DNA of 64,000 nucleotides from a virus. Lineage: Duplodnaviria > Heunggongvirae > Uroviricota > Caudoviricetes. The notes under the pieces are model-generated. The model had not been told where the DNA came from and made no database searches. It was given only the letters and a program-made list of their open reading frames with translations. The position numbers and the translations under genes were made by a program. Each line of letters begins with the position of its first letter. The first letter of the stretch is position 1. The stretch is from positions 96,403-160,402 of the IMG/VR virus record IMGVR_UViG_3300047160_005224; one strand, given 5' to 3'. Shown one piece after another: positions 7,477-15,323 of this stretch.

Positions 7477-7707
7477 TTACGGATGAAGTCCAGCGTTAAC
7501 ATATCGGTTCAGTTCCACAAAGAAACCGATCCAGCCTAGGATACCGAAAAAGATTGACAGAGAAGCACAGACGATCCTTCCAGTCAGACTCTCTTTCCTC
7601 TCAGCATGCTTCATTCCCTCCAGCAGTAGGAGTCCTAACAGAAGACATCCAACAGTGGAGAAGAACAAGATTTGTGCGGAAGCCAGGAAAGAGATCAATG
7701 CAAGCAT
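7477..7707 (-). CDS. small membrane protein (76 aa, 2 TM segments)
   Basis: Hydrophobic minus ORF. Confidence 0.45.
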   Translation of the reverse strand: MLALISFLASAQILFFSTVGCLLLGLLLLEGMKHAERKESLTGRIVCASLSIFFGILGWIGFFVELNRYVNAGLHP

Positions 7708-7721
7708 GTACCACCTGAAAT

Positions 7722-7800
7722 TGGTGCCCTAGACAGGACTCGAACCTGCATGATTCCAGTTAGCTTTCTCTTCGTTCGGAACGAAGCAGCTTACAAGGGC
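7722..7800 (-). tRNA. aberrant or rearranged tRNA-like gene with Arg(CCG)-type anticodon hairpin
   Basis: Acceptor GCCCUUG/CUAGGGC plus A-CCA. T-arm GCAGG-UUCGAGU-CCUGU. Hairpin CUUCG-UUCCGAA-CGAAG follows the acceptor directly. D-arm-like AGCUAACUGGAAU sits after the anticodon arm. Confidence 0.35.
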
Positions 7801-7805
7801 AATTG

Positions 7806-8030
7806 CTAAAGAGATTCCCAACAATCGATGCAATCAATGATATTATCGACGAGTTCGTTGTAATCTCTACCTGTGGTGTTCAATCCACCATTCGGTTGTT
7901 CACTGATTGCGATGTATTCGCCGTCCAATCCGATGGACACGTCAAACTCATAGGAACAGTTGTTACCATCAACAATCATCTTCATATTGATCACATGCTC
8001 ATAGCCGGGGTTCTGTTCTAGCCTGATCAT
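7806..8030 (-). CDS. hypothetical protein (~74 aa, start MIRLEQ)
   Basis: Minus ORF; N-terminus trimmed. Confidence 0.4.
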   Translation of the reverse strand: MIRLEQNPGYEHVINMKMIVDGNNCSYEFDVSIGLDGEYIAISEQPNGGLNTTGRDYNELVDNIIDCIDCWESL

Positions 8031-8394
8031 TTTTCTCACCGGAACTCGAATCCGGAGACGTCCCAATAGACGTTGCAGCAACCCGAGTCTCTAGAAGGAG
8101 AGTTACCAGACTCTGTTTGCCTTGCATGCTATATCACGGTGGTTTTAGCGATGATTGATGTCCATTTGGTCCAATCATCTCCCACTCGCTCTCCACGCAT
8201 GCCCCGAACTTCCTCTAACAGCAGAATCAAACACTTCGTAGAACTCAAGTAGCTACTCTTGAGCTCAATCAGAAACCGATCTAGCACAGTTCACGTGATT
8301 GGTGTCCAGATCAGAAACCCAAGTTCGGCTTTCCGGGCGTACATTAGGGAAGTGCTTGAGTCTGCTGCCAGCGATCAGTCGGCATGTGAAACTT

Positions 8395-8469
8395 TGGAGC
8401 CCAAGTCGGTGTTCGAATCCGATTCTACTGCTTACGAGGCAGTTGCATCACCACTCATGCTTCATGGGC
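8395..8469 (-). tRNA. tRNA-Thr(CGU)
   Basis: Acceptor GCCCAUG/CUUGGGC plus U-CCA. D-arm GCAU-GAGUGGUG-AUGC. Anticodon arm ACUGC-CUCGUAA-GCAGU. T-arm UCGGA-UUCGAAC-ACCGA. Confidence 0.6.
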
Positions 8470-8481
8470 AAAACTTATGAA

Positions 8482-8922
8482 TCAAAGATCTCTCAGCGCA
8501 AGGTCGCCAGGAAAGATCTTGTTAGAACGCAGTTCTGTGTATCCAATGTACGGATACGACACGTAATGATAGTCTTTCCTCATTTCCTTGTCGATTCGAC
8601 CGTATTCCTCGACCTTCTGACGATAATTGGCATATTCAGGATTGCGAGAACCACCAACAGGATATGGTGGATACGGATTGGCTCGAGAAGCTGCTTCGTA
8701 GTCATACGGAATCTTTGTTTCGCGATGTTCGAACACACGACGAAACTTCTTGATCTGCATGACAACACGATTGCCTCGACGACCAAGATAGCGACCGAAG
8801 TGCAAGTTTGCACTTCCAGCACACTTTGTCACAGCAACAGCCGGATCACCAGGATGGAGAGTCATTCCATAACTGTTGGTGAACGGAACTTCCTCATATG
8901 GCTTGATACGTGGCGTTGCCAT
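8482..8922 (-). CDS. hypothetical protein (~147 aa, start MATPRIK)
   Basis: Minus ORF 8482-9048 trimmed because a tRNA-Ser occupies 8944-9034. Confidence 0.5.
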   Translation of the reverse strand: MATPRIKPYEEVPFTNSYGMTLHPGDPAVAVTKCAGSANLHFGRYLGRRGNRVVMQIKKFRRVFEHRETKIPYDYEAASRANPYPPYPVGGSRNPEYANYRQKVEEYGRIDKEMRKDYHYVSYPYIGYTELRSNKIFPGDLALRDL

Positions 8923-8943
8923 CAGAACCTCATAACAAAGAAT

Positions 8944-9034
8944 TGGCGGAGAGAGGCTGGAATCGAACCGCTGGCGCTTCCGCGCTCGCATGACTTTCAA
9001 GGTCATCGCTGCATCCCCGGCAGCATCACTCTCC
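8944..9034 (-). tRNA. tRNA-Ser(UGA), type II, weak T-stem
   Basis: Acceptor GGAGAGU/UCUCUCC plus G-CCA. D-stem GCUGC/GCAGC. Anticodon arm AUGAC-CUUGAAA-GUCAU. Variable-arm hairpin GCGC-GGAA-GCGC. T-loop UUCGAUU. Confidence 0.5.
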
Positions 9035-9197
9035 AAATAAGTGAGCACTATCTCTAATGCTCATCCACCGACCGAAACCGATGGAGTGGTATTGGTCCCG
9101 TGTTTTACGTGTTGACTCGGGTTCACGCATGGGATACCATGATCTAGGGACGCCATTTCTGGCTAATCCTCCACCACCCAGTTTACGTCTGGGAACG

Positions 9198-9374
9198 TCA
9201 GTCGTCAAGACCCACAAAATCTGCAAGTTCCTGTCGCGCAGCAAGAAAAGCCTCGCGCAGTCGATGGAACTCAACATCCTTGATTTCCGAGAAAGAGGAG
9301 TATGAATTGAAGGCATAATCAAAGCCTTCACATTCAACCACCGTCTGAACGTACTCAAGGTCTTTCTGCTTCAT
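9198..9374 (-). CDS. hypothetical protein (~58 aa, start MKQKDLEY)
   Basis: Minus ORF trimmed to avoid the tRNA at 9390. Confidence 0.4.
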   Translation of the reverse strand: MKQKDLEYVQTVVECEGFDYAFNSYSSFSEIKDVEFHRLREAFLAARQELADFVGLDD

Positions 9375-9389
9375 GACAATTCTCGTAGC

Positions 9390-9466
9390 TGGTACCGGAG
9401 ATGGGAATCGAACCCACACTTTGGAAGATTTTAAGTTTTCCGCCTCTGCCTTTGGGCTACTCCGGC
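9390..9466 (-). tRNA. tRNA with anticodon UAA (Leu codon UUA) in a type-I body
   Basis: Acceptor GCCGGAG/CUCCGGU plus A-CCA. T-arm GUGGG-UUCGAUU-CCCAU. Anticodon arm GAAAA-CUUAAAA-UCUUC. Confidence 0.45.
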
Positions 9467-9470
9467 AAAT

Positions 9471-9562
9471 TGGTGCTTCAGGTAGGAATCGAACCTACAT
9501 CGTTCCCTTATCTGGGGATCATGGCTTATAAGACCACCGCACTACCATTGTGCTACAGAAGC
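9471..9562 (-). tRNA. type II tRNA, 92 nt, anticodon loop CUUAUAA (UAU); isotype uncertain
   Basis: Acceptor GCUUCUG/CUGAAGC plus A-CCA. D-arm GCAC-AAUGGUA-GUGC. Anticodon arm GUGGU-CUUAUAA-GCCAU. 22-nt variable arm. T-arm GUAGG-UUCGAUU-CCUAC. Confidence 0.45.
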
Positions 9563-9646
9563 AAAGGCGTCGACAATCATCATACATGTCGACTGGTCTA
9601 TCAAACGTTGTCCGTTTCGTAATCGTCCGGCGTTTGACAGAACGTT

Positions 9647-9723
9647 TGGTACCCATGACAGGATTCGAACCTGCACTGAACAGAACCTAAATCTGTTGTC
9701 TCTACCAGTTGGACTACATGGGC
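9647..9723 (-). tRNA. tRNA with anticodon UAG (Leu codon CUA) in a type-I body
   Basis: Acceptor GCCCAUG/CAUGGGU plus A-CCA. Anticodon arm ACAGA-UUUAGGU-UCUGU, G37. T-arm GCAGG-UUCGAAU-CCUGU. Confidence 0.5.
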
Positions 9724-9732
9724 AAAACTATC

Positions 9733-9824
9733 AGGATGCGCGATATACGGGATTCGAACCCGTTAAGTTTGCTTTCAAGGCAAAGTGCGAACCAATCGCG
9801 ATTATTGTTTGCTGCAGGCATCCT
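9733..9824 (-). other. tRNA-like element (UGA anticodon hairpin plus T-arm, no D-arm) inside the inverted repeat AGGAUGC...GCAUCCU
   Basis: Inner stem CGCGAU/AUCGCG, anticodon arm UUUGC-CUUGAAA-GCAAA, T-arm ACGGG-UUCGAAU-CCCGU. Bounded by the same IR as 1512-1580. Confidence 0.35.
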
Positions 9825-9897
9825 AGTTACTGATCGATCAGCGCATTAAGCGCCAGGATCATGTTTGGTTCCGGTGTCACTCACACCGGAGAAGAGA

Positions 9898-10068
9898 TCA
9901 CTTCGTGTCGGTAGTCGAAGTGGACGTCGGCGCGGACTGGGCAACCGGAGCCGTCACGACAGGAGCCGGAGCAGCGACCTGAGCAGCCTTGCTCTTGTGA
10001 TACTTGACGACACCAGCGACGATCAGAGCAACAACGGCAACACCGATAAGAACAACAGACAAGGACAT
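9898..10068 (-). CDS. small membrane protein (~56 aa, one TM then Ala/Pro/Thr-rich tail)
   Basis: Minus ORF trimmed to MSLSVVL because a tRNA-Met lies upstream. Confidence 0.4.
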   Translation of the reverse strand: MSLSVVLIGVAVVALIVAGVVKYHKSKAAQVAAPAPVVTAPVAQSAPTSTSTTDTK

Positions 10069-10099
10069 GGCAGAACTCCAGGGTTTGGCGGGTAGAACT

Positions 10100-10170
10100 T
10101 GGTCGTGGTAACAGGAATCGAACCTGTCCAAATCCCTTATGAGGGGATCGTAGCCCCAGGCGATACCACG
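10100..10170 (-). tRNA. tRNA-Met(CAU), second CAU tRNA, 71 nt
   Basis: Acceptor CGUGGUA/UACCACG plus A-CCA is perfect. Anticodon arm AUCCC-CUCAUAA-GGGAU. T-arm ACAGG-UUCGAUU-CCUGU. Confidence 0.6.
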
Positions 10171-10175
10171 ATGAT

Positions 10176-10269
10176 TGGCGGAAGGCATCGTACTCGAAAC
10201 GAATCCGGTGTTTGAGACCGAACAGATCGCTTAGCAGGCGTCCACAGCATCCTAGCTGCTTTACCTTCC
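10176..10269 (-). tRNA. tRNA-Ser(GCU), type II, 94 nt
   Basis: Acceptor GGAAGGU/GCCUUCC plus G-CCA. D-arm CAGC-UAGGAU-GCUG. Anticodon arm GACGC-CUGCUAA-GCGAU. Long variable arm. T-loop UUCGAGU. Confidence 0.55.
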
Positions 10270-10274
10270 AGAAT

Positions 10275-10363
10275 TGGCGGGAAAAGTTGGAGTCGAACCA
10301 TTGGTTGATTTTGCTGTAACGACTCTACTTCAGAGTCAGTCCGGCGCCAGCCGGGCTTTTCCC
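10275..10363 (-). tRNA. type II tRNA, 89 nt; anticodon hairpin GACUC-UGAAGUA-GAGUC, isotype uncertain (Leu-like?)
   Basis: Acceptor GGGAAAA/UUUUCCC plus G-CCA is perfect. D-stem CCGG/CCGG. Weak T-stem. Confidence 0.45.
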
Positions 10364-10373
10364 GTTTGAAACT

Positions 10374-10451
10374 TGGTACCCCTGGTCGGACTCGAACCGA
10401 CAAATCTCCGATTTTTGAGAACGGTGCATCTACCAATTCTGCTACAGGGGC
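10374..10451 (-). tRNA. tRNA with anticodon CAA (Leu codon UUG) in a type-I body
   Basis: Acceptor GCCCCUG/CAGGGGU plus A-CCA. Anticodon loop CUCAAAA. T-arm GUCGG-UUCGAGU-CCGAC. Confidence 0.5.
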
Positions 10452-10539
10452 ATATCAACAATCACAGCGTGTGGTTTGTCGCGAGACAATTCCAATAATA
10501 GTTCGCTAGTGGGTTGCGGAACACACGCTAAAGTCTTTG

Positions 10540-10767
10540 TCAACCGCCGTGTTTGAAGAACTCGATGCTCTTCTCTTGGCTGTTGACCCATTCATCACTT
10601 GGTTTCCCTTCGCCTTTGTAATAGCGCAGTGGTCGCCCAGTGCTCTTTGAGACAATTGCCCACTTACCATCTACTTTCTTCAGATGCTCTTGAAGAGGGA
10701 GTGTCTCAATAAATTCGTTGTAGGTCTTCATCAGTGACTTCCTCTGCTGGTCAGTGTATATAGCCAA
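10540..10767 (-). CDS. hypothetical protein (75 aa)
   Basis: Minus ORF. Confidence 0.45.
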   Translation of the reverse strand: MAIYTDQQRKSLMKTYNEFIETLPLQEHLKKVDGKWAIVSKSTGRPLRYYKGEGKPSDEWVNSQEKSIEFFKHGG

Positions 10768-10790
10768 CCAGCAGAGGAATTAGATGTCGA

Positions 10791-11273
10791 TCAGTGGATT
10801 GTGGTGCCTTCCGGCAGGATGGCATCGAGACCATCCAGACCCAGCTTAGTCAGCTCATCGACGATGTCGGAGCGACGTGCCGGATCATTCTTGATGTTCT
10901 CGATTTCCTCGAGAGCCGCCGCATTGACGGTGGTGCCCGGGAAAGTTTCGACGACGTGCTTGGCCAGGGCGAGGTGATTGATTTCGCGCTGACCATTGCT
11001 CTCGACGATGAACTTGTTGTCGCCGAAAAGCATGTCCACCATCAGAGCTTCGTTACCGACGCCGGAGAGTTCGCGGGCGAGGCATTCGGTGATGATGTGC
11101 AGGTCGAGCGGCAGCACCTTGTTGGTGTCGACGTCTTCCGCGTAGTCGAACTTGAAGTTCTGGCTGATGTACAGCGCAGCATCGTTCGGGCAGCTCAGGC
11201 GCTTCAGCGCATTGAGCAGGGAGTTGGACAGGAAGACCGACTGCAGGTCGGCAGTGACGCGATCGAATGCCAT
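10791..11273 (-). CDS. hypothetical protein (~160 aa, start MAFDRV; alternative start at 11342)
   Basis: Minus ORF directly downstream of the tmRNA terminator. Confidence 0.55.
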   Translation of the reverse strand: MAFDRVTADLQSVFLSNSLLNALKRLSCPNDAALYISQNFKFDYAEDVDTNKVLPLDLHIITECLARELSGVGNEALMVDMLFGDNKFIVESNGQREINHLALAKHVVETFPGTTVNAAALEEIENIKNDPARRSDIVDELTKLGLDGLDAILPEGTTIH

Positions 11274-11336
11274 GATATAGTTCCGTTTTGGTGGTGGAAA
11301 GTTTTCAGAGAACCTATCGTAGCATTCTCGTGCGTC

Positions 11337-11379
11337 AAACAAAAGAGGAGCTGCCCAATGAGGGACCTAGAAGGGCAGC
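11337..11379 (-). terminator. rho-independent terminator at the 3' end of the tmRNA coding piece
   Basis: Hairpin GCUGCCC...GGGCAGC followed on the minus strand by UCCUCUUUUGUUUG. Confidence 0.6.
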
Positions 11380-11700
11380 GAGTCTAGGGAGATTGTCGGT
11401 CAAGACTGCCGATTAGGCAGCGAGACGGACCTCAAACGTGTCATCGTTTGCGTTTACTTTGTTTTATGCCGATTACGTCGGGCATCTCTCGGGCTGTCAG
11501 CTCGCATATCTTCCCACGTCGAAACCTGGTCCACCCCATCAAAAACACAGTGTCCATAACGCGGACTTGTCTCGACTTCGCAGAGTGCACATACCGCTGA
11601 TCGTCTAACTGTGCTTTTGGTGGAGTGGGCGGGAATCGAACCCGCGTCCGCAAGACCTTTTGGTCACATCATACAGCCATAACTTCAAAGATGTACTCTA
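11345..11700 (-). ncRNA. ssrA: tmRNA (ssrA), circularly permuted two-piece form
   Basis: tRNA-like 3' half GGACGCGGGUUCGAUUCCCGCCCACUCCACCA at 11650-11618 lies upstream of the 5' acceptor strand GGGGUGG (11537-11531; G3-U70 pair). Then GACCAGGUUUCGACGUGGGA, close to E. coli GGGGCUGAUUCUGGAUUCGACGGGA. Tag frame GCA-AAC-GAU-GAC-ACG-UUU-GAG-GUC-CGU-CUC-GCU-GCC-UAA reads ANDDTFEVRLAA. Terminator follows. Confidence 0.7.
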
Positions 11701-12044
11701 CCGTGCTTTTGTAGGGGTAAGCAAAGCAGCCATTCTTCAGAGTCCTGCAGAACCCAAGAACGCTTTCTTTACTGCACGCGAAACCATTACGTTTGTCGTA
11801 GAGCACATGTTTGAAACTACTGGGCGCTTCGCCAGTCACACTCGCGAGCTTTCTCGTTTTGAGTATTCGTCAGATGCGCATTAACCTGTTTACATCAGGT
11901 CAGACTAGTCCTCAATTCTTCTTCGCCGGCAAACTTGCCCCATTCGTCAATAGGATTTGCCTTACAGCGGGGTACCACCTTTTGCGGTATCAGACCTGCA
12001 GCAAGCGGGACTGGCGAAGCACCCAGTAGAAACAGTATATAGCT

Positions 12045-12554
12045 TCAATCGAACAAAGAGTTGACATTTCTGATGTAAAACTTGGAACGATTTTCCAAAC
12101 ACTCGATGATGTCATGTTTGTTGACGGCATCATCGATCAGCCAGGTGGCTGTGTGATGGAACATGCTGCTGTTCCGGAGTTTGAACAGAACATCTTCCTT
12201 CTTGCACACGTCAAACAAATCCTGCCGCGATACCTTGCATCGGGTTTCCTCAAACACCGCGCGAGCCCAATCATCCATCGAGAAGATGAGGTCGTCATCG
12301 AATTTGAAGTTCAGACAACCTTCTAGCCACTCGCGATGATGCTTGTTGAAGGTGTCGATGTCGCGGTGATCCCAGATTGCCCAAGACATGATGCCTAGCT
12401 TGCATTGCATCGGAGTGGGATGTGGAAGCCATTCACCATGAAGGAATTTCTTCACCTGTTGACCTTTGAATTGCCAAACAGGATCATCCCAGGAATCGAT
12501 CACCGTCTCTTCGAGATCAAGGAGAACGATGAAGTTTTGTTCGGTATCAAACAT
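12045..12554 (-). CDS. hypothetical protein (169 aa)
   Basis: Minus ORF. Confidence 0.55.
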   Translation of the reverse strand: MFDTEQNFIVLLDLEETVIDSWDDPVWQFKGQQVKKFLHGEWLPHPTPMQCKLGIMSWAIWDHRDIDTFNKHHREWLEGCLNFKFDDDLIFSMDDWARAVFEETRCKVSRQDLFDVCKKEDVLFKLRNSSMFHHTATWLIDDAVNKHDIIECLENRSKFYIRNVNSLFD

Positions 12555-12571
12555 ATCGTTCTCCAGATAGA

Positions 12572-12910
12572 TCAGTAGAGGTCAGTACAAGTTTCGGGAT
12601 CGCCCAGCGTTTCGTCCAGCAAACCTTCGTAGGCATAGTCCTTGGTGGATTTGAACAGGATGCCAGGCTTTCCGTACAAGCAGAATTGGTTGTACTCTTT
12701 CGGAAGCGTTACGCCTGCTTTGATGAGCGCATCGCGGATATTGTTGGAGAAGACACGCGGCGAAAAGTTTGGATCGCCGCCACAGAACCCATTGAGGAAC
12801 AACAGGAACTGCGCTTCCTTCATCGACAACTTCAGTTCAACCTTGACGTCTTCGACGATGGTCGGAACCATGATCGTCTTTGTTTCCACTTTCTTGTTAG
12901 CAGTTGCCAT
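12572..12910 (-). CDS. hypothetical protein (112 aa)
   Basis: Minus ORF. Confidence 0.5.
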   Translation of the reverse strand: MATANKKVETKTIMVPTIVEDVKVELKLSMKEAQFLLFLNGFCGGDPNFSPRVFSNNIRDALIKAGVTLPKEYNQFCLYGKPGILFKSTKDYAYEGLLDETLGDPETCTDLY

Positions 12911-12912
12911 TG

Positions 12913-13323
12913 TTATTCCTTGTACCAGACACAGGCGGTGGTTTCACGATAGCCCGTTTCGTTATTGATGCGGGTCCATGGCTGGCCGAACGCAAGCTTT
13001 CCATCCCGCTTCAGCTTTTGGAGAAAATCATTTTCGTTGGAATTGACTTGGGTGAATCCATCTTCGCCCATACCAGCATACCAGCGCCAGTAGAATCCAA
13101 CAGTCGGTAGAGCCATTCCATCACAACGTTCCTGCCAAACCAATTCTTGCGGCGAACGCATGTGGTTGTGATCTTCGATCATCTTGATGAAAGAACTGGC
13201 AGAAGTGATGATTGAAGATGAATCCTCCAACTCCACCATCCTCTGATAGTCCTTCAACATCGCTGTGACAGTTTCGAGTTGTTGGATTTGATCCGCGATT
13301 TGTTTTGTGTCAAACTTTGACAT
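12913..13323 (-). CDS. hypothetical protein (136 aa)
   Basis: Minus ORF. Confidence 0.5.
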   Translation of the reverse strand: MSKFDTKQIADQIQQLETVTAMLKDYQRMVELEDSSSIITSASSFIKMIEDHNHMRSPQELVWQERCDGMALPTVGFYWRWYAGMGEDGFTQVNSNENDFLQKLKRDGKLAFGQPWTRINNETGYRETTACVWYKE

Positions 13324-13511
13324 TTCTATGCCTCATGCCGTAGGCGCTTATCATAGCTGCCTTTCCATCCAATGAGTGAATGCGAGTGAGGACCCAATCG
13401 TTGGCGGGTCCTCACTCAATGCCGAGTATGTTGTCATTCTCTCAAGAAGGGAAGATCAATTCTACATGGCACGCCTCCTGGGCTCGCAAGCCAGATTGGT
13501 CGGGTTGGACA

Positions 13512-13733
13512 TCACTTCGAAATCGCGCGGGCGCCGGGGAATCGCGGCAAAGGACAGTAGTATTCCGGGGGACCGTCAGCAGGCCAGTTGGCTTCGTTAA
13601 GCCAACCAAAGTGCTTCCCGACCACATGGAAAGTCCAAACCTTTTCACCAGGGCGCTTGAATCGCGAGTGCCACACCACGTACTCACCAGGCGGAGGCAG
13701 ATTGCCTTCGTCCCACTTCCGCCAGGCGTTCAT
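13512..13733 (-). CDS. hypothetical protein (73 aa, Trp-rich)
   Basis: Minus ORF preferred over the low-complexity plus ORF 13380-13790. Confidence 0.4.
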   Translation of the reverse strand: MNAWRKWDEGNLPPPGEYVVWHSRFKRPGEKVWTFHVVGKHFGWLNEANWPADGPPEYYCPLPRFPGARAISK

Positions 13734-14092
13734 TCGCCATCATCCGTGGTGTCTTCCTCTTCATCGCCACCTTCGTCTTCCTGGACGTAGCGGGCGATGT
13801 GATTGGCCACGCGGCTGTCTTCGTCGGAGAAGAAGGTCCAGTCGCCGATGCGAAAGACCGCAGACTCGTCGACGTATTCGAAGCCGCCGTAGTACATGAG
13901 AGCCTTGCGCGCAGCGTCACCACGCACGCCGATGCAGGTGTAGTCGACATCGACGAACAGGTCCCAGCCAGCGCGCGGGTCGAGTCCGAAAACTTCGGGA
14001 CGAAGACCGGTTTCGCCGCTATTGGTGAACGATTCCGCGAGTTCGGTCGCCGCTTCGTACAGCTCAGAGAAGGAAGTAACGTTGTCGTTCAT
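13730..14092 (-). CDS. hypothetical acidic protein (120 aa, poly-Glu/Asp tail)
   Basis: Minus ORF with ATGA overlap. Confidence 0.5.
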   Translation of the reverse strand: MNDNVTSFSELYEAATELAESFTNSGETGLRPEVFGLDPRAGWDLFVDVDYTCIGVRGDAARKALMYYGGFEYVDESAVFRIGDWTFFSDEDSRVANHIARYVQEDEGGDEEEDTTDDGE

Positions 14093-14120
14093 TGTAGTTT
14101 CCAGGTCAACGGGTTAGGCA

Positions 14121-14200
14121 GTTCGCCCTTCCACAATCAATATCATACGCCGACCCGGAAAAAGGTCAAGAACTAAATGTATAGTGAAATCAATAACTTA
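14121..14200 (-). promoter_or_regulatory. sigma70-like promoter (TTGACC-N16-TATGAT) with one AATCAATAACTTAC operator-like motif
   Basis: Minus-strand reading ...TTGACCtttttccgggtcggcgTATGATattg. Member of the 5-copy intergenic cassette. Confidence 0.5.
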
Positions 14201-14222
14201 CGTTAGGCATGAACCTCCGTTG

Positions 14223-14480
14223 TCAGGCGGTTTCAGGTAGCTTTTCGACCGGAAACAGCCGAATAGCGGCTATATGGACTAACTTTGGAACTGCCGTCCA
14301 GCTACGGTTACAGGGCTCACCGTACAGAAAATATTGGCTGTATTGGACATTGATGGAAACGCGCCCTGAATCATGAATCTTTGTAGCAGGTCCAACACAA
14401 ACATGGGTCGTGCTTCCATCCTGATTGGAATAGCCATACAGCCTACCAAGCTCAATCGGATTTCCAAGTGCGTCGCTCAT
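14223..14480 (-). CDS. hypothetical protein (85 aa)
   Basis: Minus ORF. Confidence 0.45.
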   Translation of the reverse strand: MSDALGNPIELGRLYGYSNQDGSTTHVCVGPATKIHDSGRVSINVQYSQYFLYGEPCNRSWTAVPKLVHIAAIRLFPVEKLPETA

Positions 14481-14872
14481 TTCTTCCTCGTACCTTTCAG
14501 GATTGCTACATCGGTGATGAGCGCACCAACTGCTCGTTCCATCTTCTGCAATTGGTCCATCAACAACTTCTGATTGAACTCAAGACGATACTTTTCAGCA
14601 GCCGCGATGTAATCAGAAGCTTCCAAGATCTTGTATGGGATGAAGACGGTCGACTTCTTGTTCCACTCCGAGAAGTATTCAACAACGATACCAGATTGAA
14701 ACGCGTCATCGTTGATGCTCAGAATGTTTGGAGCATGCATCTTGATTCCCATTGCTTCGATGATTTCTCTCAGCAAGGGATCAATATGTTTCATCTTGAA
14801 CGCAATACACGTTCGCGAAAGGGAGTTGTATTCCTGCAAGAAATTCAACACCGTCATCTTTGTATCTGACAT
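14477..14872 (-). CDS. hypothetical protein (131 aa)
   Basis: Minus ORF with ATGA overlap. Confidence 0.5.
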   Translation of the reverse strand: MSDTKMTVLNFLQEYNSLSRTCIAFKMKHIDPLLREIIEAMGIKMHAPNILSINDDAFQSGIVVEYFSEWNKKSTVFIPYKILEASDYIAAAEKYRLEFNQKLLMDQLQKMERAVGALITDVAILKGTRKK

Positions 14873-15135
14873 CAGAGCTTAACCTGGACTTTGGCAGTAA
14901 TGAATGGTGGATGGAAAGGTACACCAGGTCCACCACTACTGCCTGCGGTATGGATAAAGGTGACATCGTTAGGAATGGTACTCATTCCTCTTGTCTTCAA
15001 ATAGTCAGCAACAATTTCTTTCAACTGTTGCTGAGACAATGTCACCGTCGCATCCAACATTATTGATCGCGACGGTGGACCACTGTTTGCGTTCTTCATA
15101 TGTGCTGGACCTGTTGCCATCAACGCCATCACCAA
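14872..15135 (-). CDS. hypothetical protein (87 aa)
   Basis: Minus ORF. Confidence 0.45.
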   Translation of the reverse strand: MVMALMATGPAHMKNANSGPPSRSIMLDATVTLSQQQLKEIVADYLKTRGMSTIPNDVTFIHTAGSSGGPGVPFHPPFITAKVQVKL

Positions 15136-15323
15136 TCCTTGTACATGTCATTGCCCCATGGATCAACACCCATCCCAATGCCCATGATGAATCCAACGGC
15201 AAGAGAAAAGGTTAACAGCGCCAGGAATCCGTGTTGAGTATCAGCCAGTTGGATTGCCAGTGCGCCCAGCAATCCACCAACAATGAACGCGATGATGCGA
15301 ATTGGCCAATCCCTCATCACCAT
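15129..15323 (-). CDS. small membrane protein (~65 aa, 2 TM)
   Basis: Hydrophobic minus ORF, trimmed from 15428. Confidence 0.4.
   Translation of the reverse strand: MVMRDWPIRIIAFIVGGLLGALAIQLADTQHGFLALLTFSLAVGFIMGIGMGVDPWGNDMYKDW

Noticed and set aside
8259-8480. ORF-track entry 8259-8480 (+) and 8299-9057 (+)
   Set aside because: The region 8395-8469 folds as a canonical minus-strand tRNA-Thr(CGU). The plus ORFs are incidental.
11441-11653. ORF 11441-11653 (-), 70 aa
   Set aside because: Lies entirely inside the tmRNA gene (acceptor piece and coding piece); Arg/Pro-rich translation.
13358-13387. 10-bp perfect hairpin GTGAGGACCC...GGGTCCTCAC in the 13324-13511 intergenic region
   Set aside because: No U-tract on either strand and no recognisable promoter elements; function unclear, so reported only here.
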